Shown: in pieces, positions 1 through 7,929 of the stretch | Layout of the letters: every line of letters starts with the position of its first letter | How positions within the stretch are numbered: position 1 is the stretch's first letter | DNA from: Acidimicrobiia bacterium | Lineage (GTDB): Bacteria > Actinomycetota > Acidimicrobiia > Spongiisociales > UBA11373 | Assembly (NCBI GenBank): GCA_036482315.1 | Contig: JAZGIX010000173.1 | Span: forward strand, 1-36,338 | Length of the DNA stretch: 36,338 nucleotides | Direction of reading: 5' to 3' | The notes under the pieces: model-generated | What the model was told of the DNA's origin: nothing | Databases searched by the model: none | The model's input: only the letters and a program-made list of their open reading frames with translations | Made by a program: the position numbers and the translations under genes

Positions 1-192
1 GTACTCGGCGTCCTGGTGAGTGGCGTCGACGACGCGTTCGCCGAAGAGACCGCGCAGGTCGCGCAGGAGATTCCGGTTTATCTCAACCATCGTGAGAACG
101 GTGACCGAACCGTCGGCACCGGCCAAGGCCGATGCGAAGTCGGCCGCCTTGGTGGCGTCGAGGGTGCCGTCGGTGGCAATCAATACGTGCAT
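1..192 (-). CDS. Universal stress protein (UspA-like) family protein, 5' portion only; the gene runs off the left edge
   Basis: Absent from the ORF track because no stop lies in the window. A minus-strand ATG (rc of 190-192) is preceded by AGGAGG (rc of 196-201). The frame stays open to position 1 and reads MHVLIATDGTLDATKAADFASALAGADGSVTVLTMVE..., the usual Usp N-terminal pattern (hydrophobic strand, DGS/T, helix, second strand). Confidence 0.5.
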   Translation of the reverse strand, partial: MHVLIATDGTLDATKAADFASALAGADGSVTVLTMVEINRNLLRDLRGLFGERVVDATHQDAEY

Positions 193-441
193 AGTCCTCC
201 TCTTCCCCCTCGGCGAGAGATTAGTGGGTTGTCACCGGGAATAGCGTGGCGACTATTGCATGTGACGGAACCGCGGGCGTGGGCGTGGACTCGGTGGCCT
301 GGGGCAGGGGCCCCGGGCCACACCGCGATGAGCCGTAGAACACGGCGCCGTCCGGAGGGCGGCCCCAGCGTGCGGAGGCGTTCGAGGCCGAGTAGGACTC
401 GAACGGTGGAGCTAGAACGCGAAGAGCCATGAGCACAGCTC

Positions 442-1176
442 TCAGTGAACGTCGAATCCGTCCCAAGGGTCTGAGCCGATCCAGTCGCGTGCATCGAAGC
501 GAGTCCCGGTCGGTTCGGGTGCTCCGGGGTGGGCGAGCCTGAGGAATATCGGTGCGATGTCCGCCGGGGAGGGGAGCGACGCCGGGTCCTCGTCGGGGAC
601 GGCCACGGCCCGCATCGGAGTGCGGGTGCCGCCCGGGTTGACCGAGAAGACCTTCCCCTTGAACTCATGGGCCAGGGTGGCGAGCCACCCCTCCAACGCG
701 TGCTTCGACACTGCGTACATCCCCCACCCGGCGCGGCCCTGGCGTCCGACGGTGCTGGACAGGCCAATCACTACCGGCGCTGCGGCTGCCTCTAGGTACG
801 ACGTGAGCATTTGGTGGAGGAGATGAACGGAGGTGACGTTGACCTCGAACACCGATCGCCACTCATCCTCTGGGTAGTCGGCGAGAGAAACACCCGGCGG
901 GCCCAGCAGCCCGGCCGCGTGCACGACCACATCCAGGGCGCCACCGCCGTGACCGATGGCGGTGGAGATTCGGCGCCGTCCTGCCTCAGTCGTCAGGTCG
1001 GCCGCGACGGTGATGGCAGACCCTCCGGGAAGATCGGCGATTGAGGAAGCGACTTCCTCTTCATTGCGACCGGTCGCAAAGATTCGGGCCCCGTTCTCGA
1101 CGTATGCAGTGCACAGGCCGCGCCCTATACCGCTGGAAGCGCCGGTGACGAGGATGGTGCGTCCGGAGAGAGGCAT
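442..1176 (-). CDS. yciK: YciK-like short-chain dehydrogenase/reductase (SDR family oxidoreductase)
   Basis: ORF 442..1383(-). The internal ATG at 1174-1176 gives MPLSGRTILVTGASSGIGRG (Rossmann TGxxxGIG). It has the catalytic YxxxK (YAVSK) and YciK-type blocks SSTVGRQGRAGWG and NPGGTRTPMRA...PADI. The 69 upstream codons read through a DNA heptad repeat (TADSRQQTADSRQQ) and are judged non-coding. Confidence 0.8.
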   Translation of the reverse strand: MPLSGRTILVTGASSGIGRGLCTAYVENGARIFATGRNEEEVASSIADLPGGSAITVAADLTTEAGRRRISTAIGHGGGALDVVVHAAGLLGPPGVSLADYPEDEWRSVFEVNVTSVHLLHQMLTSYLEAAAAPVVIGLSSTVGRQGRAGWGMYAVSKHALEGWLATLAHEFKGKVFSVNPGGTRTPMRAVAVPDEDPASLPSPADIAPIFLRLAHPGAPEPTGTRFDARDWIGSDPWDGFDVH

Positions 1177-1211
1177 GGAGGGGGAGGGTACAGGTCCCTG
1201 CGTGCGGCTCC

Positions 1212-1340
1212 CAGCTTGCAGCTTGCGAGCGGATCGCAGAACGCAGATGGCAGATCGCAGACTTCGGATCCAACAAGAAGCGCGATCGTCTGCTGTCTGC
1301 TGTCTGCTGTCTGCTGTCTGCTGTCTGCTGTCTGCTGTCT
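1212..1340. repeat. Composite tandem heptanucleotide repeat region: CAGCTTG x2, GCAGANN x4, 27-nt spacer, TGCTGTC x7. The last two blocks are mutually complementary.
   Basis: Direct reading. CAGCTTG lies at 1212-1218 and 1219-1225. GCAGA cores lie at 1236, 1243, 1250 and 1257. TGCTGTC units run perfectly from 1291 to 1339 (TCTGC cores every 7 nt from 1289 to 1331). Confidence 0.9.
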
Positions 1341-1390
1341 CGGTCCGAGTGGGGGGAATCGCCCCTCTCCGGTGGCTCTTCAACCCACGA

Positions 1391-1448
1391 AGTGGGGTTA
1401 ATGGGTTGACAAGTGGCGGTTAGTGGGGCAAAGTGGGGGCACGTGGAG
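1391..1448 (+). promoter_or_regulatory. Putative MraZ operator / dcw promoter region: phased (A)GTGG(G) direct repeats
   Basis: AGTGGGG at 1391, ATGGGTT at 1401 (weak), AGTGGCG at 1412, AGTGGGG at 1422, AGTGGGG at 1432 and CGTGGAG at 1442, giving a spacing of about 10 bp. The array ends 77 nt upstream of the mraZ start. TTGACA at 1406-1411 is a possible -35, with a weak CAAAGT 17 nt downstream. Confidence 0.6.
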
Positions 1449-1524
1449 AACCCGGGAGGCGGCGGCCTCCCACCCGAGAGCGCCTTGCAGAGGTGCCGGA
1501 TGCCGAGATCGGAGACACCAGGTC

Positions 1525-1956
1525 GTGTTCCTGGGCGAGTACCAGCACAGTGTGGATTCGAAGGGCCGATTGGTGCTGCCCTCGAAGTTTCGCGCTCGCC
1601 TCGAACGAGGCCTCGTCGTGACCAAGGGTCAGGAACGCTGTCTCTATGTCTTTCCCATCGATCGGTGGGAAGAAGAGGTCGAACAGGTCAACCGACTCCC
1701 GCGTACCGATCGGCGCAGCCGCAACTACGCCCGCTCGTTCTTTGGAGCGGCCAGCGATCAGATGCTCGACGGCCAGGGGCGCGTCCAAGTGCCCCAGTCT
1801 TTGCGCGACTACGCAGGCCTCACCAAGGACGTCGTCGTGGTCGGAGTGGCGGATCGGGTCGAAATCTGGGATGCGGGGTCGTGGGCGGCCAACAGCAGCG
1901 AGGCCGACGAGCTCTATGCCGGAATCGAAGAAGCACTCAGTGGGGAAGGGATTTGA
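1525..1956 (+). CDS. mraZ: Transcriptional regulator MraZ
   Basis: ORF 1423..1956. The GTG at 1525 with GGAGA 9 nt upstream gives M-FLGEYQHSVDSKGRLVLPSKFR, the canonical MraZ N-terminus. A second SpoVT/AbrB-like half follows (LDGQGRVQVPQSLRDYAGL). It is the first gene of the dcw cluster. Confidence 0.9.
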   Translation: MFLGEYQHSVDSKGRLVLPSKFRARLERGLVVTKGQERCLYVFPIDRWEEEVEQVNRLPRTDRRSRNYARSFFGAASDQMLDGQGRVQVPQSLRDYAGLTKDVVVVGVADRVEIWDAGSWAANSSEADELYAGIEEALSGEGI

Positions 1957-2071
1957 GCTGTGCAACGCAACAGCGGATCTCTCGACCCAGCGTCAGCCCT
2001 CCGGATGCCATGTGGGAAGCCCCTTACTCCGCCCGCTTCCATTTTGGCGCCAGCGCTCCGGGGGGCTGACG

Positions 2072-3013
2072 GTGGGTCGGAACTACCTGACGCCGAACGA
2101 ACACGATCCGCAGTATCACGTTCCGGTTCTCGCCGACCGGGTCGAGCATTGGCTGGGGACGCTCGACGGAACGATTGTCGACGCCACCTTCGGGGGCGGC
2201 GGTCACAGCCGGGTCCTGCTCGATGCCAACGCCGAACTTCGAGTGGTGGCTATCGATCGGGACCCGGACGCAGGTCGGCAGAGCGCCTCGTTCGGGTCGC
2301 GACTGGCTTTTCACCAGGCGGACTTCCGGAAACTCGAGTCGGTACTACAGAAGGAGCATCTCGATGAGATCGATGGAGCCCTTTTCGACCTCGGTGTCTC
2401 GTCGCGTCAGCTCGACGTGGGGGAGCGAGGCTTCTCGTATAGACGACGCGGCCCGCTCGACATGCGGATGGGGCCGGATGCGGAGCTCGATGCCGACGTC
2501 ATCGTCAACCAGTGGCCCGCGGCAGATGTCGCTCGAATTCTCAGACGGTATGGCGAAGAGCGCTACTCCGGCAGGATCGCCCAAGCCATCGTCAAGGCGC
2601 GTCCCATCGCGGACACACTGGAGCTGGCGGGCGTTGTCGCCGACGCCGTGCCGGCTCGGGCGCGGCGCTCCCGTCACCCAGCTCGACGATCTTTTCAGGC
2701 CATTCGCATCGCCGTCAACGACGAGCTCGCTGCGCTCACCGACGCACTCGACGTCGCCATGCGGCTGCTGCGACACGGCGGAAGGATCGTGGTGATTTCC
2801 TACCACTCGCTGGAGGATCGCATTGTCAAACGGAAGTTTGCAAGCGAATCATTGAGCTGCACATGTCCTCCCGACTTCCCGGTGTGCGTGTGCGACACGG
2901 TCGCCAACATGAGACTTCTGGCGCGCGGCGGTGAGACTCCGTCGGCTGCCGAGATCGAGGCAAATCCTCGGGCTCGCAGCGCCAGGTTGAGAGCCGTGGA
3001 GCGGGTGGCATGA
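2072..3013 (+). CDS. rsmH: 16S rRNA (cytosine1402-N4)-methyltransferase RsmH (MraW)
   Basis: ORF 1646..3013. The GTG at 2072 sits after a GGGGG run. The product begins ...HVPVLADRV, followed by DATFGGGGHS (SAM loop), DLGVSSRQLD, GPLDMRM, RRSFQAIRIAVNDEL and ISYHSLEDRIVK. The upstream part of the ORF overlaps mraZ out of frame. The start is uncertain by a few codons (CTG at 2066 is an alternative). Confidence 0.88.
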   Translation: MGRNYLTPNEHDPQYHVPVLADRVEHWLGTLDGTIVDATFGGGGHSRVLLDANAELRVVAIDRDPDAGRQSASFGSRLAFHQADFRKLESVLQKEHLDEIDGALFDLGVSSRQLDVGERGFSYRRRGPLDMRMGPDAELDADVIVNQWPAADVARILRRYGEERYSGRIAQAIVKARPIADTLELAGVVADAVPARARRSRHPARRSFQAIRIAVNDELAALTDALDVAMRLLRHGGRIVVISYHSLEDRIVKRKFASESLSCTCPPDFPVCVCDTVANMRLLARGGETPSAAEIEANPRARSARLRAVERVA

Positions 3014-3429
3014 CGGCGCGTCTCGCCCCGGTTCACGGGAAGGTGACCCGGCGCACTCGCCAGTTCCACGTGGTTCTCGGTCCCGGAACCAGGCGTCGCG
3101 GCCGGCGTCGGTACTGGGTGCTGCTGGTGGCGGCGTTGACGGCCGCCTTCTTGGTATCGGTATACGCCCGTATAGCTCTCGATCGCAGCGCCTTCGTAGT
3201 CACCGATATCGAAAACCAGATTGCCGTGGAGGAAGCCCGGTATTGGGACCTTCGTCTCCAGGTGACCGAACTTAGGGCTCCGGAACGGATCTCGGCGTTG
3301 GCGGCGGCGATGGGAATGGTGTACCCGGAGACCGTCCGGACCATCGAGGTTCCCGGCTTGGGTGAATCGGGGCTCGGTGTCGAGGAACGTTGGATCGATC
3401 TGAAGGCGCTGCTGGGCGCCCAGCCATAG
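3010..3429 (+). CDS. ftsL: Cell division protein FtsL-like (bitopic membrane protein)
   Basis: The ATG at 3010 overlaps the rsmH stop (ATGA). The protein has a basic N-terminus, one TM helix (WVLLVAALTAAFLVSVYARIAL) and then a predicted helical segment. It occupies the canonical slot between rsmH and ftsI. The call rests on position and architecture, not motifs. Confidence 0.6.
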   Translation: MTARLAPVHGKVTRRTRQFHVVLGPGTRRRGRRRYWVLLVAALTAAFLVSVYARIALDRSAFVVTDIENQIAVEEARYWDLRLQVTELRAPERISALAAAMGMVYPETVRTIEVPGLGESGLGVEERWIDLKALLGAQP

Positions 3430-3471
3430 GCGCGGTGCCGTTGCAGGCACCGAGGGAGTGAGGAGGAGTCC

Positions 3472-5166
3472 ATGGAGCAGGAGCCGCGAAGACGGCTAAA
3501 CGCTCGTCTGGTGTCGGTCGGAGTGCTGCTCGTTCTTGCGTGGACCCTGATCGGATACCGCCTCACGGTGGTCCAAGGAGCGCGGGCAGACGAATTCGCA
3601 GCCCGTGGACGAGAGCAACGTGTCCAAAGCGAGACCTTGGCAGCCGATCGGGGAACGATCTTCGATCGTGATGGTCGGGAGCTGGCAGTCACAGTCGAAG
3701 GAGTGACCGTCTACGCCAATCCCTATGAAGTCTCTGACCCCGAGAGCCTTGCCTCGATGCTGGCTCCGCTGGTGGGGCGCAATCCCACCGATCTCGCCCA
3801 AGATCTGGCGAGCGACGCCGCCTTTGTGTATGTCGCCCGCCAGCTGGATCCCGAGGCCGCCGAGCCGATCAGGCAAGCCGGGTTGGCCGGCATCTACTTC
3901 CTCAGCGAGCCGCGACGGGTGTATCCCACCGGTGCTTTGGCGGCCCACGTCGTCGGGTTCGTGAGTGACGGCGACAACGCCGGACTCGAAGGCATAGAGC
4001 TCTATTACGACACCGAGTTGGCCGGGATTCCGGGGGCACTGCTGGTCGAGCGTGATCCTCAGGGACGGGTCATTCCGCAAGGCGAGTACCTGGTCGAGCA
4101 TCCCGAGCAGGGATCGGACCTGGTGCTCACGATCAAGAGCGAGATTCAGTATTCGGCGACCCAGGCCTTGGCTGCGGCTCTGGAGCGGACCGGCGCCACT
4201 TCGGGGTCGGTCGTGGTGATCGATCCGGAATCGGGCGAAATCCTGGCGATGGTCAATCTACCTTCGTTCGATCCGAATGACCGTGACGGCACGCCGCTCG
4301 ACGCCATGCGCAATCGCGCGGTCACTGATGTGTTCGAGCCCGGCTCCACCCAGAAGCTGGTGACGATCGCGGGTGCCCTCGAAGCCGACATCGTGGCCCC
4401 CAACACATCATTCGAGATCCCGGAGAGCATCGAGATCCTCGACACCGTCTTCAAGGACGTGACCGTCCATCCCGACCGATTGACGGTCACCGAGATAGTT
4501 GCCCACTCCTCCAATCTCGGCACGATCCTGGTCGGCGATCAGTTGGGGATCCGATCGCTCTACACCTTTATGTACTCGTTTGGGCAAGGCAGGGCCTCAG
4601 GTATCGACTTCCCGGGCGAGGCCGGTGGCGTCTTACGCCCACCTGAAGATTGGTGTCTCACCACATGCCTCGCCGGAACGTCGATCGGCTACCACGTTTC
4701 GGTGACGCCATTGCAGATGGCGATGGTCTACGCAGTCGTGGCCAACGACGGAATGTGGGTCCAACCGCACCTCGTAAAAGACATTGTGGATGGTGAGGGC
4801 GATCGGCAAGCGACCTTTCCGTTGGCCCGGCGTGTGATCTCGACCGAGACGGCGGCGCAGATGCGAATCATGCTCGAGGCGGTCGTCGTTCGCGGTACGG
4901 GAACCGCAGGCGCCGTGTCCGGATACCGTGTCGGCGGGAAGACCGGAACGACCCAGAAGTACTTGACCGATTTACAGGAGTACAGCGAAGAGGAAGTCGT
5001 TGCCAGCTTCATCGGTATGGCCCCGATTGATGATCCTCAGATCGTGATTGCAGTCGTGTTGGACTCACCCCAGGAATATGCCAGCGGCGGTAGGGGCGCG
5101 GCGCCGGCGTTCGCGGAGATCATGCTTGCCGCACTCCACCAAGTCGGAGTCGCTCCCGGTGGGTGA
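3472..5166 (+). CDS. ftsI: Class B penicillin-binding protein / peptidoglycan D,D-transpeptidase FtsI
   Basis: ATG preceded by GGAGGAG. There is an N-terminal TM helix and the transpeptidase motifs SxxK (STQK), SxN (SSN) and KTG (KTGT), in the dcw position. Confidence 0.9.
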   Translation: MEQEPRRRLNARLVSVGVLLVLAWTLIGYRLTVVQGARADEFAARGREQRVQSETLAADRGTIFDRDGRELAVTVEGVTVYANPYEVSDPESLASMLAPLVGRNPTDLAQDLASDAAFVYVARQLDPEAAEPIRQAGLAGIYFLSEPRRVYPTGALAAHVVGFVSDGDNAGLEGIELYYDTELAGIPGALLVERDPQGRVIPQGEYLVEHPEQGSDLVLTIKSEIQYSATQALAAALERTGATSGSVVVIDPESGEILAMVNLPSFDPNDRDGTPLDAMRNRAVTDVFEPGSTQKLVTIAGALEADIVAPNTSFEIPESIEILDTVFKDVTVHPDRLTVTEIVAHSSNLGTILVGDQLGIRSLYTFMYSFGQGRASGIDFPGEAGGVLRPPEDWCLTTCLAGTSIGYHVSVTPLQMAMVYAVVANDGMWVQPHLVKDIVDGEGDRQATFPLARRVISTETAAQMRIMLEAVVVRGTGTAGAVSGYRVGGKTGTTQKYLTDLQEYSEEEVVASFIGMAPIDDPQIVIAVVLDSPQEYASGGRGAAPAFAEIMLAALHQVGVAPGG

Positions 5167-6601
5167 TGCAATCACCCTCGAGAGGCTGGCACTGTCGGTG
5201 GGAGGACGGGTTCTCGGCGACGGCGCCACCCTGGTGTCGGATGTCACTCACGACTCGCGCGACGTCGGTGAAGGCTCGTTGTTCGCCGCGGTGCAGGGAT
5301 TCGTGACCGATGGTCATCAGTTCATCGGTGAGGCCCTAGCAGCCGGGGCCGTGGCTCTTTGCGTCGAGGACGAGGCGGCAGTGCCGCCGGGTCGGGCAGC
5401 GATCGTCGTGCCGAGCGTCCGAGAGGTCCTGGGTGGTCTGGCGTCGACGGTCCACGGGAACCCGTCTTCGATCCTTCGAGTCGTCGGGATCACCGGAACA
5501 AACGGAAAGACCACTGTTGCCCATCTCGTAGAAGCAATCGCGGCGGCCGCCGGTATTCAACAAGCGATCATTGGCACGGTGGGGGCTCGCATCAATGGGA
5601 AGCCGTTCCCGGTCGAGCGAACGACGCCTGAGGCCACGGACTTTCAGCGATTGCTGGCGGCGATGGTCGGGTTCGGAGTGGACATCGCATCAGTCGAGGT
5701 GTCGTCTCACGCCCTGGCCCTCGGTCGGGTCGATGGGACTCTCTTCGAGATCGGGGCGTTTACGAACCTTTCGCAGGACCATCTGGACTTCCATGCCGAC
5801 ATGGAGGAGTACCTCGCCGCTAAACGGTCGTTGTTCGACCGGTGTCGCACAGGCGTGATCTGGGTGGACGATGCAGCGGGTCGTGGAATCGCGTCGGAGG
5901 CCTCGGTCCCGATAGTTCGAGTGGGGACGGGCGATGACACCGATGTCCGCGGTCGGGCGGTCGCGGTGACCCTGGACGGATCGACTTTCGATGTCTCCGG
6001 TCCGGGCGGCGGCGCCCGTATGCATCTGCAGCTTCCCGGCAGGTTCAACATGTCCAACGCCCTCGTTGCTGCCGCCTGTACGAACGCGTTGGGAATTCCT
6101 TGGGATACGATCGCCGACGGCATCGGGAGAGTCGCTTCGATCCCGGGCCGATTCGAAATCGTTCCAACCGAAAGGGATTTCACCGTGGTGGTCGATTACG
6201 CCCACACTCCGGCAGGCGTCGAATCAATGGTCGGCGCAGCGCGCGAGTTGGTCGGTGGCGGTCGGGTCGTCGTGGTCGTCGGCGCAGCAGGTGACCGGGA
6301 TCATGACAAACGTCCGCTCATGGGCGCCGCGGCCGCTACGGCAGACATCGCGGTGATCACGAGCGACAACCCGAGGTCGGAGAATCCGGAGACGATCGTG
6401 GCCGAAGTAGCTGCAGGAGCCGGACACGATGCGATTACGGTCGTCGACCGACGCGAAGCTATCGGCGTCGCGCTCGGTTTGGCTGCCGGCGGAGATGTCG
6501 TGCTGATTCTCGGCAAGGGACACGAGAGGTCGCAAGAGGTGGCAGGGGAGTTTCTGCCCTTTGACGACCGCCAGGTCGCTCTCGAGGAGGCATCTCGATG
6601 A
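5159..6601 (+). CDS. murE: UDP-N-acetylmuramoyl-L-alanyl-D-glutamate--2,6-diaminopimelate ligase MurE
   Basis: ORF 5048..6601. The GTG at 5159 (GGAG 9 nt upstream) overlaps the end of ftsI by 8 nt. It has the Mur ligase P-loop GITGTNGKTT. The DNPR motif (ITSDNPRSENP) is typical of meso-DAP-adding MurE. Confidence 0.9.
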   Translation: MGDAITLERLALSVGGRVLGDGATLVSDVTHDSRDVGEGSLFAAVQGFVTDGHQFIGEALAAGAVALCVEDEAAVPPGRAAIVVPSVREVLGGLASTVHGNPSSILRVVGITGTNGKTTVAHLVEAIAAAAGIQQAIIGTVGARINGKPFPVERTTPEATDFQRLLAAMVGFGVDIASVEVSSHALALGRVDGTLFEIGAFTNLSQDHLDFHADMEEYLAAKRSLFDRCRTGVIWVDDAAGRGIASEASVPIVRVGTGDDTDVRGRAVAVTLDGSTFDVSGPGGGARMHLQLPGRFNMSNALVAAACTNALGIPWDTIADGIGRVASIPGRFEIVPTERDFTVVVDYAHTPAGVESMVGAARELVGGGRVVVVVGAAGDRDHDKRPLMGAAAATADIAVITSDNPRSENPETIVAEVAAGAGHDAITVVDRREAIGVALGLAAGGDVVLILGKGHERSQEVAGEFLPFDDRQVALEEASR

Positions 6602-7929
6602 GGTGGGATCTCGCTCACGTGGCCCGCATCTGCGAGGGTCGAGAGCGTGGCGAGGCCGTTATCGACTCCGTTTCCATCGATTCCCGGACAATCGCGTCCG
6701 GGGGGCTGTTTGTCGCGGTGGTGGGGGAGAACCATGACGGACACGACTTCATCGCCGAGGCGAGAGCCGCCGGTGCCGCCGCGGTGGTGACCGAAGATGG
6801 CCGCCTCCCCGGTGCTGATGGCGTCGAGGTGGCGGATACGCTCGCGGCACTGCGCGCCTTGGGGATAGCTCGTCGCCTCGAGATCGCGTGTCCGGTCATC
6901 GGCGTAACCGGCAGCAGCGGCAAGACGACCACCAAGGATCTGATCACCGCCGCCCTGGGGCCGGGGGCGCACGGGTCCCCACAATCCTTCAACAACGAGT
7001 TTGGTGTCCCGCTCACGATGCTCGGCGTCCCCGACTCGGCAACCGCAGTCGTCGTCGAGGTCGGAAGCCGCGGCTCCGGCCACATCGCCCACCTTGGACC
7101 CGTGATCGATCCAGATGTGGCGGTCATCACCAACGTCGGCCCCGCCCACTTGGAGATGTTCGGATCGATCGAAGGTGTTATCGACGCAAAGTGGGAGCTG
7201 TTATCTGCGCTGGGTCCCGACGGCGTGGCAATACTCCCGGCTGATGACGAACGGCTGCTGGCGCGGGCCACCGGCTCCTTCTTGACGTTTGGAGCGGAAT
7301 CGGGTGCGGACGTCGATGCTGTTGGCGTCGAGTTGGACGACACCGGTCGCGCCAGCTTCGAGCTTCACTTCCGGGACGAGGTTGCTGCGGTAAGGATGCC
7401 GCTCCCGGGTCGACACCAGGCGGCCAATGCAGCCGCCGCCGTCGCCGCAGTTGTAGCAATTGACCGACCCTTCGCTGAGGCGGCGGGGCGACTGGAGACT
7501 GCGGCGATGTCTCCTTGGCGGATGGAGGTCGTCACCAGGCGGTGGGGTGGCGGTGAGATCGTCGTCGTAAACGACGCCTATAACGCCAATCCGGATTCGA
7601 TGGCAGCCGCGCTGGAGACCGTTGCCGCTATGCCCGGGCGCCATCTCGCGGTACTCGGGAGAATGCACGAATTGGGCGAGTTCGAAGCAGAGGCTCATCG
7701 CCAGGCGGGCGCACTGGCAGCCTCCCTTGGCTTCTCGGTGGTCGCCGTCGGCGATGATCCCGGAATCGCCGACGGGGCGGGCGAGGTGGCAGATTCGGTA
7801 GCCGATGTGGCGGCTGCAGTCGAACTCTTGCGTGCCACGATCGTTCCCGGCGACGTGGTGCTGGTCAAGGCGTCGCGAGCTGCCGGCTTGGAAACCGTGG
7901 TCACCGAACTGCACGGAGACTCAGCGTGA
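6598..7929 (+). CDS. murF: UDP-N-acetylmuramoyl-tripeptide--D-alanyl-D-alanine ligase MurF
   Basis: ATGA overlap with murE. P-loop GVTGSSGKTTTKD, plus DAYNANP, in the dcw position. Confidence 0.9.
   Translation: MRWDLAHVARICEGRERGEAVIDSVSIDSRTIASGGLFVAVVGENHDGHDFIAEARAAGAAAVVTEDGRLPGADGVEVADTLAALRALGIARRLEIACPVIGVTGSSGKTTTKDLITAALGPGAHGSPQSFNNEFGVPLTMLGVPDSATAVVVEVGSRGSGHIAHLGPVIDPDVAVITNVGPAHLEMFGSIEGVIDAKWELLSALGPDGVAILPADDERLLARATGSFLTFGAESGADVDAVGVELDDTGRASFELHFRDEVAAVRMPLPGRHQAANAAAAVAAVVAIDRPFAEAAGRLETAAMSPWRMEVVTRRWGGGEIVVVNDAYNANPDSMAAALETVAAMPGRHLAVLGRMHELGEFEAEAHRQAGALAASLGFSVVAVGDDPGIADGAGEVADSVADVAAAVELLRATIVPGDVVLVKASRAAGLETVVTELHGDSA

Noticed and set aside
391-420. tRNA/tmRNA-like string GGACTCGAACGGTGGAGC
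   Set aside because: It resembles the reverse complement of a T-arm plus acceptor end, but the order of the elements is wrong for either strand. No complementary T-stem, acceptor stem or anticodon arm can be drawn around it.
1288-1340. Whether the tandem arrays could be a CRISPR array
   Set aside because: The period is 7 nt with no spacers, there are no cas genes in the window, and the repeats are far shorter than CRISPR repeats.
1423-1524. N-terminal extensions of the mraZ ORF (from 1423), the rsmH ORF (from 1646), the murG ORF (from 10515) and the murE/murD/yggS/sepF/yggT/yggU ORFs
   Set aside because: In each case the conserved protein N-terminus begins at an internal ATG, GTG or TTG that has an RBS or a coupled stop/start overlap. 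The extension either overlaps the upstream gene or covers regulatory DNA. For mraZ, the extension would run through the MraZ boxes.
3434-3451. Small perfect hairpin GGTGCC-gttgca-GGCACC between ftsL and ftsI
   Set aside because: It is a 6-bp stem with no U-tract inside a tightly co-transcribed operon, directly ahead of the ftsI RBS. It is probably incidental, or at most a minor mRNA structure, and is not enough to call a feature.
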